Shown piece by piece: positions 1 through 8,045 of a DNA stretch of 64,000 bases; within the stretch, counting starts at the first letter, position 1, and each line of letters begins with the position of its first letter. The translations under genes and the position numbers were made by a program. The stretch covers positions 160,001 to 224,000 of the forward strand of contig CBDHHL010000048.1 of assembly GCA_965263355.1 (NCBI GenBank), in the 5' to 3' direction. The DNA comes from Leptolyngbyaceae cyanobacterium (GTDB lineage Bacteria > Cyanobacteriota > Cyanobacteriia > Phormidesmidales > Phormidesmidaceae). Below the pieces are notes generated by a model. It was not told the DNA's origin and did no database searches. It saw nothing but the letters and a program-made list of their open reading frames with translations.

Positions 1-9
1 AAACCGTCA

Positions 10-2493
10 TTGGGTGACCAAGTCGACCAATGTTATGAGCAGGGCCTTTACCAACAGGCACTGACTAAGTTAAAGCAAGCTCAGAAGCTCGATCAGGCCA
101 AGGATATTAGTCTGAGCGAGGCAGATATATTACTAGCTTGGGGGATCGATCAGGCGGAAAAAGCAGCCTATTCCATGGCCGAGAAAACACTACGGCAAGC
201 CATGGAATTAGGGGCATTTGGTCAGCAAGGGGAAGCCTATTATTGGTTGGCTAAATGCTTATTGGAAATGGAGCAGCCCCAAGCGGCACTGGAGTTAGTC
301 CAAACAGCTTTTAACACCAATCAACTCCACAAACAACAGGGAGGGTGCTATCTCAAACTGTTGGTAATCAATGACCAAATAGACACGGTCGCTACCTTGA
401 TCGAAACCAAGAAAAATCGATTCTATGCGGCCCATCTCCACTGGGCACGGGGAATACTCTCGCTCCATCAAGAATCTCCTAAAGATGCTCTTGCCCACTT
501 TAAAAAAATGGGGAATCGTACTACCTTGGGCGATTGGCCCACTGCCTGGACAGTGTATGCGAAACAGCAAGCAGGTCAGTGGGCAGATTCAAGTTTAGAG
601 CAAATATTGGGTCTTCAGAATTCATCCTTAAGGCATTCACCCTTCTCAACATTTAAACCAAAGCAAGCCAAACATCCGGCCATCCTGCGTCTGACTTTGA
701 CACAGCTAGCCCACACCTTTAGTCATGATTTTTCAGAGCATGTGCCCCTGGATGAACTGACCCCAGTTGAGGAAGAGGCTGCCATAGTGCTACAAACGCT
801 GCGCATGATCGACCAGGACGACGTTCATGATGCGGCCCATCTGTTTTTAGAGTTTTTCAAGGATATCTCAGATTCCTTTCCCCAATTTCAAGAGCTGCAT
901 GATCCGCTGATGACCTTGGCTGGGACAGCTGCTATGGGTACCCATGAACCCAACTATGCGGAAAAATTCTGGTCCCGTTTGGTGAAACCTACACTTCAGG
1001 ATCCTCAAATTGCCATTCATCTGCGTCAGGCCATGTTTGAAAATGGTTCTGACCATGCTGCCATCGGTGTCATTAAGCAATTAAGTCAATGGGTCGAAGC
1101 ACAAACCACTTGGACCGAATCGCAACGACAGGCTATCGTGGCTCACCTCCACTGCTGGACCTGTGATCACTTAATTAATCTCAAAAAACTTGGCAAAGCT
1201 GAACAAGTCGTTAAGTCAGCCATTAAACTGGCCCCTGAATCACCTTCAGTGGTGGGTCGCCAAGGGTTACTGGCCGCAAGACAGAAACGATATAAGCAAG
1301 CGATTCCCTTACTAACGCAGTCCTTAAAGGGCGGTTCTAGCGTTGTCAATATTTATGAGGAACTGGTTGATTGTCTTGAAAAAACCGGTGATAAGACTAC
1401 TCTCAAGCAGGTGCGTCGTCAATATGGTAAGTCCTTTGGCGATTTAGATACGGAACCGGATCTGCCTCGCTGGCAGGAGATTTTTACCTATCGTCTCTTC
1501 TTTATGCTGCAAGACGCTACTGGGAATGTAGAGCGCAATGATTTTCCTAGTCGTGCCATCAAGATTTTTGTCGACGCTGCAACTGATACACCCAATAAAG
1601 ATCAGCGGGTGACCTTTGACCAAACTAAAGCTGCCGACCAATGGGAAGCGCTACTTGCGCCCTTGAGTCCTGAGCAGCAGGTGCCCGTGCTCCAGGCCAT
1701 TGGTTTAGTAATGGCCATCTATGCCAAACGGAAAAAAGGTTTGGCTGCGTTGCAAACCCGTTACCAGACTCAGCTCATTAGCCTAATTGACGACCATCCC
1801 ACAGCTCAAATGGCAAACCTGGTATGTCTGACAGTCAAAGAAAAGAAGGCAGAGCGCCTGTCTGTGGCAATTAATACTTATCTTAAGTCAGTAGCTCAGC
1901 CTCACCAGGCCATTGCTCGGTTGCAACTCAACGTACGCTGGTTTGTAACCACATCTGTTTTGCTATCGTGGTTAGACCAAGCTTTGGCCAAAGATCCTCA
2001 AAATCCATTGTTGCTGTTGGCTAAGGCTACTGTCTACCCCTATGAGACGCCTGAGTACGAGACGCTTTTTGACCAGGGCTTTGAGTTGGCTCGACGCTTA
2101 CAGGATGCTGAAGCTCTGGATGCCTACCGCGATGAAGAATGGTTGCAGGGCCAGGCGATGACCCGTTCTGCTATGTCGAGTATGAGTCGCTCGGGGGGGC
2201 CTCCGTCCATGGGAGACATGGTGGAAATGATTCGCAAAATGGCCCAGGCTCAGTTTGGCGATGAGGTGCCGCCGGAGTTGATAGAGCAACTAGTTATGCA
2301 AATGATGGCGGCTGAATTAGGAGGTGCCATGCCACCGGGTGGCCCCTTTGGCGGTCCCCCTGATGGTTTTCCCCTGCCGCCTATATTTGTTGGAGGGTTT
2401 GAAGAGCCAGATGACTTTGGCGATGACTTTTTTGGGCCACCGCCGGGGGCGAAAAAATCGAAAAAGTCTAAACGGTCTCGACGCTCTCGGTAG
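10..2493 (+). CDS. Large TPR/alpha-solenoid protein with Met/Gly/Pro-rich, acidic then basic C-terminal tail; frame is open to the window edge so the true start may be upstream
   Basis: TPR-like helices (GEAYYWLAKCLLEMEQPQAALELV; KAEQVVKSAIKLAPES; WLDQALAKDPQNPLLLLAKA); first gene of the chaperone cluster. Confidence 0.8.
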   Translation: MGDQVDQCYEQGLYQQALTKLKQAQKLDQAKDISLSEADILLAWGIDQAEKAAYSMAEKTLRQAMELGAFGQQGEAYYWLAKCLLEMEQPQAALELVQTAFNTNQLHKQQGGCYLKLLVINDQIDTVATLIETKKNRFYAAHLHWARGILSLHQESPKDALAHFKKMGNRTTLGDWPTAWTVYAKQQAGQWADSSLEQILGLQNSSLRHSPFSTFKPKQAKHPAILRLTLTQLAHTFSHDFSEHVPLDELTPVEEEAAIVLQTLRMIDQDDVHDAAHLFLEFFKDISDSFPQFQELHDPLMTLAGTAAMGTHEPNYAEKFWSRLVKPTLQDPQIAIHLRQAMFENGSDHAAIGVIKQLSQWVEAQTTWTESQRQAIVAHLHCWTCDHLINLKKLGKAEQVVKSAIKLAPESPSVVGRQGLLAARQKRYKQAIPLLTQSLKGGSSVVNIYEELVDCLEKTGDKTTLKQVRRQYGKSFGDLDTEPDLPRWQEIFTYRLFFMLQDATGNVERNDFPSRAIKIFVDAATDTPNKDQRVTFDQTKAADQWEALLAPLSPEQQVPVLQAIGLVMAIYAKRKKGLAALQTRYQTQLISLIDDHPTAQMANLVCLTVKEKKAERLSVAINTYLKSVAQPHQAIARLQLNVRWFVTTSVLLSWLDQALAKDPQNPLLLLAKATVYPYETPEYETLFDQGFELARRLQDAEALDAYRDEEWLQGQAMTRSAMSSMSRSGGPPSMGDMVEMIRKMAQAQFGDEVPPELIEQLVMQMMAAELGGAMPPGGPFGGPPDGFPLPPIFVGGFEEPDDFGDDFFGPPPGAKKSKKSKRSRRSR

Positions 2494-2517
2494 GAGCATT
2501 ACATATAACGCCCCTAC
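2490..2517. repeat. GTAG-type REP-like palindrome overlapping the TPR gene stop codon
   Basis: gtaggagcattacatataacgcccctac; 12-bp arms with 2 mismatches. Confidence 0.7.
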
Positions 2518-2549
2518 GCCATCAAATTTTAATTATGAGCTAATAAATC

Positions 2550-2846
2550 ATGACCACGCCGTTTGAACAGTTAGGGATTGCTCCAGAGGCTAGTGCCAAA
2601 GAGATTAAACGGGCTTACCATGCCAAATTGAAAGAATTTCCGGCCCACACCCATCCCGAGGAGTTTAAGGCGATTCGAGCTGCCTACGATGCTGTCCGCC
2701 AGGGTAGTACCGTCACGGTAGAAGAGTTCTTTAAACGCAAGCCGTTAGAGGCTAGTTTTGACGATAAGATCCTGACTAGCCTTAGGGAGCAGGCCACTGC
2801 TAAGATCCAAGTTGACCTGAAAACCCTGACCCGTCTTACCTTTTAG
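2550..2846 (+). CDS. Small J-domain protein with non-canonical HPD loop
   Basis: PFEQLGIAPEASAKEIKRAY...FKAIRAAYD J-domain pattern; PAH at the HPD position, HPE four residues later. Confidence 0.85.
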   Translation: MTTPFEQLGIAPEASAKEIKRAYHAKLKEFPAHTHPEEFKAIRAAYDAVRQGSTVTVEEFFKRKPLEASFDDKILTSLREQATAKIQVDLKTLTRLTF

Positions 2847-2856
2847 CGATAACGTA

Positions 2857-3348
2857 ATGTCTCAGACTCCTCGCGATCGCATCGCCCAGCGTCGCCAACT
2901 GCAAAAGCAGCAATCCCAGATCTTTTTAGACTTGTTGCCAGTGCTGGATGATTTAGACCGTGCCTGTAACCATTGGCAACAGGCACAGCAGTCCCAAGAA
3001 ACACCTGTGGAGAAGAAAAGTTCGGTACCTTGGTGGCGTAAGATATTTAACTGGAACACGAGCCAGACTCTTGACCAATCCACCGAACTCAATGCCATGG
3101 TCAAGAGTGCCCATGACGGTGTGTCCCTCATTCGTCAGTCACTACTGGAGGTATTGGAGCGTCAGGCGGTCACCCCCATTGAAACCTTAGGTCAGCCATT
3201 TGACCCTAAACATATGAATGCCATGGGTCGAGAAGCGAGTCCTGATACGTCTCCTAATACGGTGATTAAAGAAATTCTCAAGGGATATCGCTGGCAAGAT
3301 CGGGTGTTAAGAGAGGCTCAGGTAATTGTTGCAGACAGGTCTAAGTGA
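2857..3348 (+). CDS. grpE: GrpE-family nucleotide exchange factor, N-terminally shortened
   Basis: LLPVLDDLDRA, GQPFDPKHMNA, KGYRWQDRVLREAQVIV motifs. Confidence 0.9.
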   Translation: MSQTPRDRIAQRRQLQKQQSQIFLDLLPVLDDLDRACNHWQQAQQSQETPVEKKSSVPWWRKIFNWNTSQTLDQSTELNAMVKSAHDGVSLIRQSLLEVLERQAVTPIETLGQPFDPKHMNAMGREASPDTSPNTVIKEILKGYRWQDRVLREAQVIVADRSK

Positions 3349-3379
3349 AATCTATCGAATGCCTAAATTCATCCCTACA

Positions 3380-3404
3380 GTAGGAGCATTGCATACAATG
3401 CCCC
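3380..3404. repeat. Degenerate GTAG-type REP-like palindrome
   Basis: gtaggagcattgcatacaatgcccc, similar to 2490-2517. Confidence 0.6.
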
Positions 3405-3449
3405 ATCCAACCAGATTTTTTTACCTTATAAAATCCCTATCTCTAGACT

Positions 3450-5021
3450 ATGGCCATTATCGGTATTGATCTCGGTACGACTAATTCTGTTGTTGCTGCC
3501 CTGGAAGGGGGGCAACCCTGGGTAATTCCGGATGATGATGATGAACTGCTGCTACCCTCCTGTGTGGGTTTAGACAATGGTGGCAAGCTATTGGTAGGAG
3601 ATTATGCCCTACGACAATATGCCTCTGCGCCAGAGCGTACCATCAAGTCCATTAAGCGTCAGATGGGAACAGACTATGAGGTCACACTGGGTGAGCAAGT
3701 ATATTCCCCCCAGGCAATTTCAGCCATGATTTTGCGCACCCTGAAGGAACAGGCAGAAACCGTCTTGGAAGAGCCAGTGACCCAAGCGGTGATTACGGTG
3801 CCTGCATACTTTACCGATGCCCAGCGGCAGGCAACCAAGGAAGCTGGAGAGATTGCGGGGCTAGAAGTATTACAAATCTTAAATGAGCCTACCGCTGCCG
3901 CCTTGGTTTTCGAAAACCGTAGTGAAGATGGGGAAACGGTTTTAGTATATGACCTTGGTGGAGGCACCTTTGATGTCTCAATTGTGGACATTACCGGAGA
4001 TGTAACAGAGGTATTGGCCAGCCATGGTAATAATCGCCTCGGTGGAGACGACTTTGACCGCCAGCTTCAGCGTCACTTAATCAATAAGTTTCAGCAGATC
4101 AACGGCGAGAGTTTACCTGACGACCCGGCGATTGAAGCACGACTATTACGGGCGGCAGAAACCGCCAAAATTGAGCTGAGTGAGCATGGATTTGTGGCAG
4201 TCAGGGAACCATTTTTGGTCAGCCAGGGGAGTACGGCCTTACACTTGGAAACCGAAATTGCCCGAGAAGATTTTGAGCATTTGATTACGCCCATGCTCAA
4301 GGAAACGTTGGAGGCGATTGATCGCGCCCTGAGTGATGCATCTATGGCAGCCAACGATCTCAATCGGGTTGTGTTGGTGGGGGGCTCCACCCGGATTCCA
4401 CTGGTACAACGGATGGTGCAAAACCATTTGTCAGGGGTACCTGTGAGTAGTTTTGAGCCAGACCTCTGTGTGGCGATGGGGGCAGCGGTGCAGGCGGGAG
4501 TTCTGTCTGGGGCTGAAATCGAGTCGATTTTGGTGGATGTTGTGCCCCATTCGTTGGGGATTGCGGTCATGATGGATGTGGGCATGGGCATGCCCATGCC
4601 TGGTATGTTTAGTACGATTATTCCGAGGAATACGGTGATTCCGACATCTCGCTCTGAGGTATATAAGACCTCTAGAAACAATCAGGAGAAAGTGGAGATA
4701 GAGGTTTATCAAGGGGAGAATGCTATTGCTAAGGAAAATGTCCCCTTGGGCTCTTTTATGGTTGAGGAGTTACCGCCTAAACCGGCGGGGGCAATCCAAG
4801 TGGAGGTGACGTTTGATTTTGATATTAATGGGATTTTGACGGTTACCGCGACGGAAAAGGGTGCGGGAAAGCAGGGGTCTCTGGTGGTGAATGATGCGGA
4901 TACAGGACGGTTGTCTAGCAATGAACTGCTCCAGGCGCAGGAGAGTCTGGAGCAGTTGTTTGACCTAAGTAAGAGTCCTTTGATGGATGTGTTGGCTAGC
5001 GCAGTTGAAGAAGAAGAATAG
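3450..5021 (+). CDS. Hsp70-family chaperone, short HscC-like paralog lacking most of the helical lid
   Basis: GIDLGTTNS, ITVPAYF, NEPTAA, DLGGGTFD, LVGGSTRIP, YQGE motifs; 523 aa, ends shortly after the SBD-beta domain. Confidence 0.95.
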   Translation: MAIIGIDLGTTNSVVAALEGGQPWVIPDDDDELLLPSCVGLDNGGKLLVGDYALRQYASAPERTIKSIKRQMGTDYEVTLGEQVYSPQAISAMILRTLKEQAETVLEEPVTQAVITVPAYFTDAQRQATKEAGEIAGLEVLQILNEPTAAALVFENRSEDGETVLVYDLGGGTFDVSIVDITGDVTEVLASHGNNRLGGDDFDRQLQRHLINKFQQINGESLPDDPAIEARLLRAAETAKIELSEHGFVAVREPFLVSQGSTALHLETEIAREDFEHLITPMLKETLEAIDRALSDASMAANDLNRVVLVGGSTRIPLVQRMVQNHLSGVPVSSFEPDLCVAMGAAVQAGVLSGAEIESILVDVVPHSLGIAVMMDVGMGMPMPGMFSTIIPRNTVIPTSRSEVYKTSRNNQEKVEIEVYQGENAIAKENVPLGSFMVEELPPKPAGAIQVEVTFDFDINGILTVTATEKGAGKQGSLVVNDADTGRLSSNELLQAQESLEQLFDLSKSPLMDVLASAVEEEE

Positions 5022-5068
5022 ATTTTGTTTGTCGGGGCTTTGCGTGTATCTCACATTGTATGTACCCT

Positions 5069-5108
5069 AACCGCGTCGGGGCGTTGCATGCAACGCCCCG
5101 ACGCGGTT
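5069..5108. repeat. Perfect 40-bp palindrome (REP-like), possible terminator of the chaperone operon
   Basis: aaccgcgtcggggcgttgca/tgcaacgccccgacgcggtt exact reverse complements. Confidence 0.85.
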
Positions 5109-5211
5109 GATTTTTGCCACCTCATCTACGGGAAAGAATACGGGCACAGTTGTATCCAGTCAATGGCCGAATATCACAAATGACGAGCATAGGCAGCATA
5201 CCGAGCACCCC

Positions 5212-5276
5212 GTAGGTTGGGTTGGCTTTTCGCCTAAATTTCCAGACGTTTGGCCACCTGTCCCATAAAACCCAAC
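5212..5276. repeat. Second REP-like family element (GTAGGTTGGGTT...AACCCAAC)
   Basis: GTAG start and gttgggtt/aacccaac inverted arms. Confidence 0.5.
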
Positions 5277-5362
5277 ATCCGACATATTGCACCAATAACC
5301 GATTTCCCGTTTAAAAAGACACCGTAAAATTAGACAAAATCGTCCTTATTTTGCCGTCTGCC

Positions 5363-5789
5363 ATGGCCGTTCCCGATATCTACACTTGCCGAGCGGTTTT
5401 TAGACACACTGACCGCTTCGTTTGAGTCTCCAGCCAAGCGCCCGGTGGTCTTTCATATTTGGGGCTTGGGCTTAGCCATTAAACCCGACCTACACGAAGC
5501 ACTCTATAACAAGGGCATTTCGTTGGCTAATCTGGGCCGATACGAGGACGCCATCAACGCCTATGACCAGGCCCTTGCCATCAAACCGGACTATCACAAC
5601 GCGCTCCATAACAAAGCCTGTGCCAACGCTCTTTCTAACAAGCCTGACGCATCTCTGACATTTCTCCAAAAAGCAATTGAGCTTGCCCCTGAAAAATATT
5701 GCGAACTCGCCAAAACCGACACCGACTTCAACAATCTTCGCAACAACCCACGTTTTCAGACCCTCATCACCAGCTCTGAATTAACCTGA
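5363..5789 (+). pseudogene. Remnant of a probable P-loop NTPase-TPR protein (frameshift plus internal deletion), leaving two C-terminal TPRs
   Basis: ATG at 5363 out of frame with ...AERFLDTL..RPVVFHIWGLG, which joins directly to LAIKPDLHEALYNKG TPR repeats and a typical cyanobacterial TPR C-cap (AKTDTDFNNLRNNPRF). Confidence 0.6.
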
Positions 5790-5798
5790 TCTGACTGT

Positions 5799-5975
5799 TT
5801 AAGACGCCTTAGCTGCCTTAACATCCTTATACTTCAAAAACTCGGCAAAATTAAGCACATCTTCCAGAATCTCTTCAGACAATTCATCCATCAGCATCAA
5901 TAATTCAGCCCTCACCCCTACTGTCTCACGTGCAGGTGTCACCAAATAAATCTGCTCAGAGCCAATCGTTTCCAC
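5799..5975 (-). CDS. Small DUF2281-like (putative antitoxin) protein, 58 aa
   Basis: Manual translation METIGSEQIYLVTPARETVGVRAELLMLMDELSEEILEDVLNFAEFLKYKDVKAAKAS; below the ORF-track cutoff. Confidence 0.55.
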   Translation of the reverse strand: METIGSEQIYLVTPARETVGVRAELLMLMDELSEEILEDVLNFAEFLKYKDVKAAKAS

Positions 5976-6172
5976 GCTTTGGCCAGAGGAAACTCTAAAT
6001 GATCAATTGCCATATGAATGCCAATTTATACACCCTTTCCTCAGTAGTTAACTGTTCTGGCTATATAAGATAGCGAACCTAACCCATTATGCTCCCGTCT
6101 CAAAATCTGTAACGTCTCGCCAACCCGTAATTACCAAGGCTAGATTACATCCATAACCCCTCAGGTATTCCT

Positions 6173-7555
6173 ATGCGTCACCTATCTACCTTTCTACTCA
6201 CCCTCCTGCTCCTCACCAACGGCTCCATCCATAAAACCCCGGCCCAGCCGCCAGAACCAGGCAACCCTGACAGCACAATTATTGAGACAGTCCCCTTACC
6301 AGAGATCGAAGCAGAAACCTTACCCGATAACGTCGCTCAGCGAATCCAAACCGACCTCGCCCAACGCCTCAGTCTAGCCACCAACACAACCATCACTATT
6401 GACAACATCACCATCGCCCGCCACAGCCGCGAAACCTGGTCCGACAGCTGCCTTGGTCTCAGCAGTCCCGCCGAATCATGCCTAGCCGCCCTCACCGAAG
6501 GCTGGCAAGTAGAAGCCATCTACCAAAGTCAACAGTTCTTCTACCGCACCGACCTCAGCGGTAACCACATCCGCCGCTCTACCCTCAGTCATAATCTCCC
6601 CCCCTCCCTCCAAACCAGAATTCTCCAAACCGCCCAGACCAAAGGCTTTGGCCCCAACCTATCCATTGCCGACGCCCAAACCAAACTATGGGGCGGCTGC
6701 TACGGATTACCCACTGAAGCAGACGTATGTGCGGCCATCGGCATCTATGGCTGGCAAGCCATTGTCACTGACGGTGACCATTACTGGATTTATCACACCG
6801 ACAATCTTGGTAACACCATTCTCCTCAACGAACTCGCCAGCAGCAACACCGCCATTCCCAGCTTTATTACCCCATCTGAGTTTGAGACACTTAAGCGCGA
6901 AACCACCTTTCAAAGCAGTGTCACAGGGGGCATCGCTAACTTAGACGATGTTTACAGCCTCCATCAGAATGGCGCACTATCAGTCCAGAGCCCAAGCGAT
7001 TATGGCAAGCCCCAAAGACTACGTCGCGCTACCATCAGCCCACCACAGCTAGACAACTTCTACAATCAGCTTACAGACAACAACTTTAATACCTTCAATG
7101 GTCTGCTCTACTTACCCAAATTAGACGCCGCAGCCTACCGTATTGTCAATCTCAGAGCGCAAAACGGTCATGTCGCCTTTGCCGACTTTATTTTCAGTGA
7201 TTTGCCACCCCAATTGCAGGCAATCACCCAAAGCTGGGAAACTCTCCAGGCTCAGACTGAAACAACGACCCTTATCTCTGCCAACAATCGTCCAACTGAG
7301 CTACCGGTAAACATTCAAAGCCAAATACTTTTTAATCTGGCCGTTTACCTACGGGTACCCGTTGAGCAGGTTAGCATTCAAAATTATAGCCAACAAACCT
7401 GGTCTGACGGCTGCCTGGGCCTTGGTGGTCCCACTGAGCTATGTCTGGCGGCCCTGACCGAAGGTTGGCACGTCGAAGCAGTCGATACCGAAACAAATCA
7501 AACCTATGGTTATCGAACTAACCTAAACGGCGCTCAGATTCGACGTGAGCCTTAA
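6173..7555 (+). CDS. Secreted hypothetical protein with repeated Cys-pair domains (TWSDxCLGL...C..ALTEGW...YRT)
   Basis: N-terminal signal peptide; two close and one degenerate copy of the domain. Confidence 0.75.
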   Translation: MRHLSTFLLTLLLLTNGSIHKTPAQPPEPGNPDSTIIETVPLPEIEAETLPDNVAQRIQTDLAQRLSLATNTTITIDNITIARHSRETWSDSCLGLSSPAESCLAALTEGWQVEAIYQSQQFFYRTDLSGNHIRRSTLSHNLPPSLQTRILQTAQTKGFGPNLSIADAQTKLWGGCYGLPTEADVCAAIGIYGWQAIVTDGDHYWIYHTDNLGNTILLNELASSNTAIPSFITPSEFETLKRETTFQSSVTGGIANLDDVYSLHQNGALSVQSPSDYGKPQRLRRATISPPQLDNFYNQLTDNNFNTFNGLLYLPKLDAAAYRIVNLRAQNGHVAFADFIFSDLPPQLQAITQSWETLQAQTETTTLISANNRPTELPVNIQSQILFNLAVYLRVPVEQVSIQNYSQQTWSDGCLGLGGPTELCLAALTEGWHVEAVDTETNQTYGYRTNLNGAQIRREP

Positions 7556-7577
7556 AAAACCTGTCTTGGTAAGGTTG

Positions 7578-8045
7578 CTAATTCTCTGAACGCTGTTCCA
7601 AAAATCTGGCAAAAGCCTTTAATTCGGCAGCCACCTGACTAAATATTTGTCGAACCTCGCCTACTAATTCACCAATTCTCTCAGACTCGAATTATTCAGA
7701 ATAAACATGGCGAACAATATGCCGAAATGCTCGATACTTGTCTAGGCCTTGCAAACTAGACACAGAAATAATGGCAGGACGTATCGAATTTACCTCCATT
7801 GCCATCTGCTGTAATAATTGCTGATGCCAGTTTTTGCCAGCTGGTTGTTCTCCATCAATATCGCGAGCGATTATTTCAAACAAACGCTCTACACCGTTGT
7901 AGGCACCTTGCAAATTTAAAGCTGCACTATCAACATACAGTTCATCATTGGTTTGCTCAAATCTTTGCCAAGCCATTACAGCACGTTCAATCGCAATGTT
8001 AATTGACTGAAATTCTTTGACAATGCGTTGGGCTAACCTACTCAA
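7578..8045 (-). pseudogene. HepT-like HEPN ribonuclease toxin interrupted by an in-frame TAA at 7692-7694
   Basis: YNGVERLF, WHQQLL, FRHIVRHVY (RxxxxH) motifs; frame continues FESERIGELV...AFARFLEQRSEN to TAG at 7578. Confidence 0.8.

Noticed and set aside
3674..4921. Long antisense ORFs (3674-3991, 4091-4681 and others) opposite Hsp70
   Set aside because: Antisense shadow frames are a known artefact of hsp70 codon usage; no independent motifs
2490..5276. CRISPR array interpretation of the repeated palindromes
   Set aside because: Copies are separated by whole genes, are not identical, and no cas genes are present
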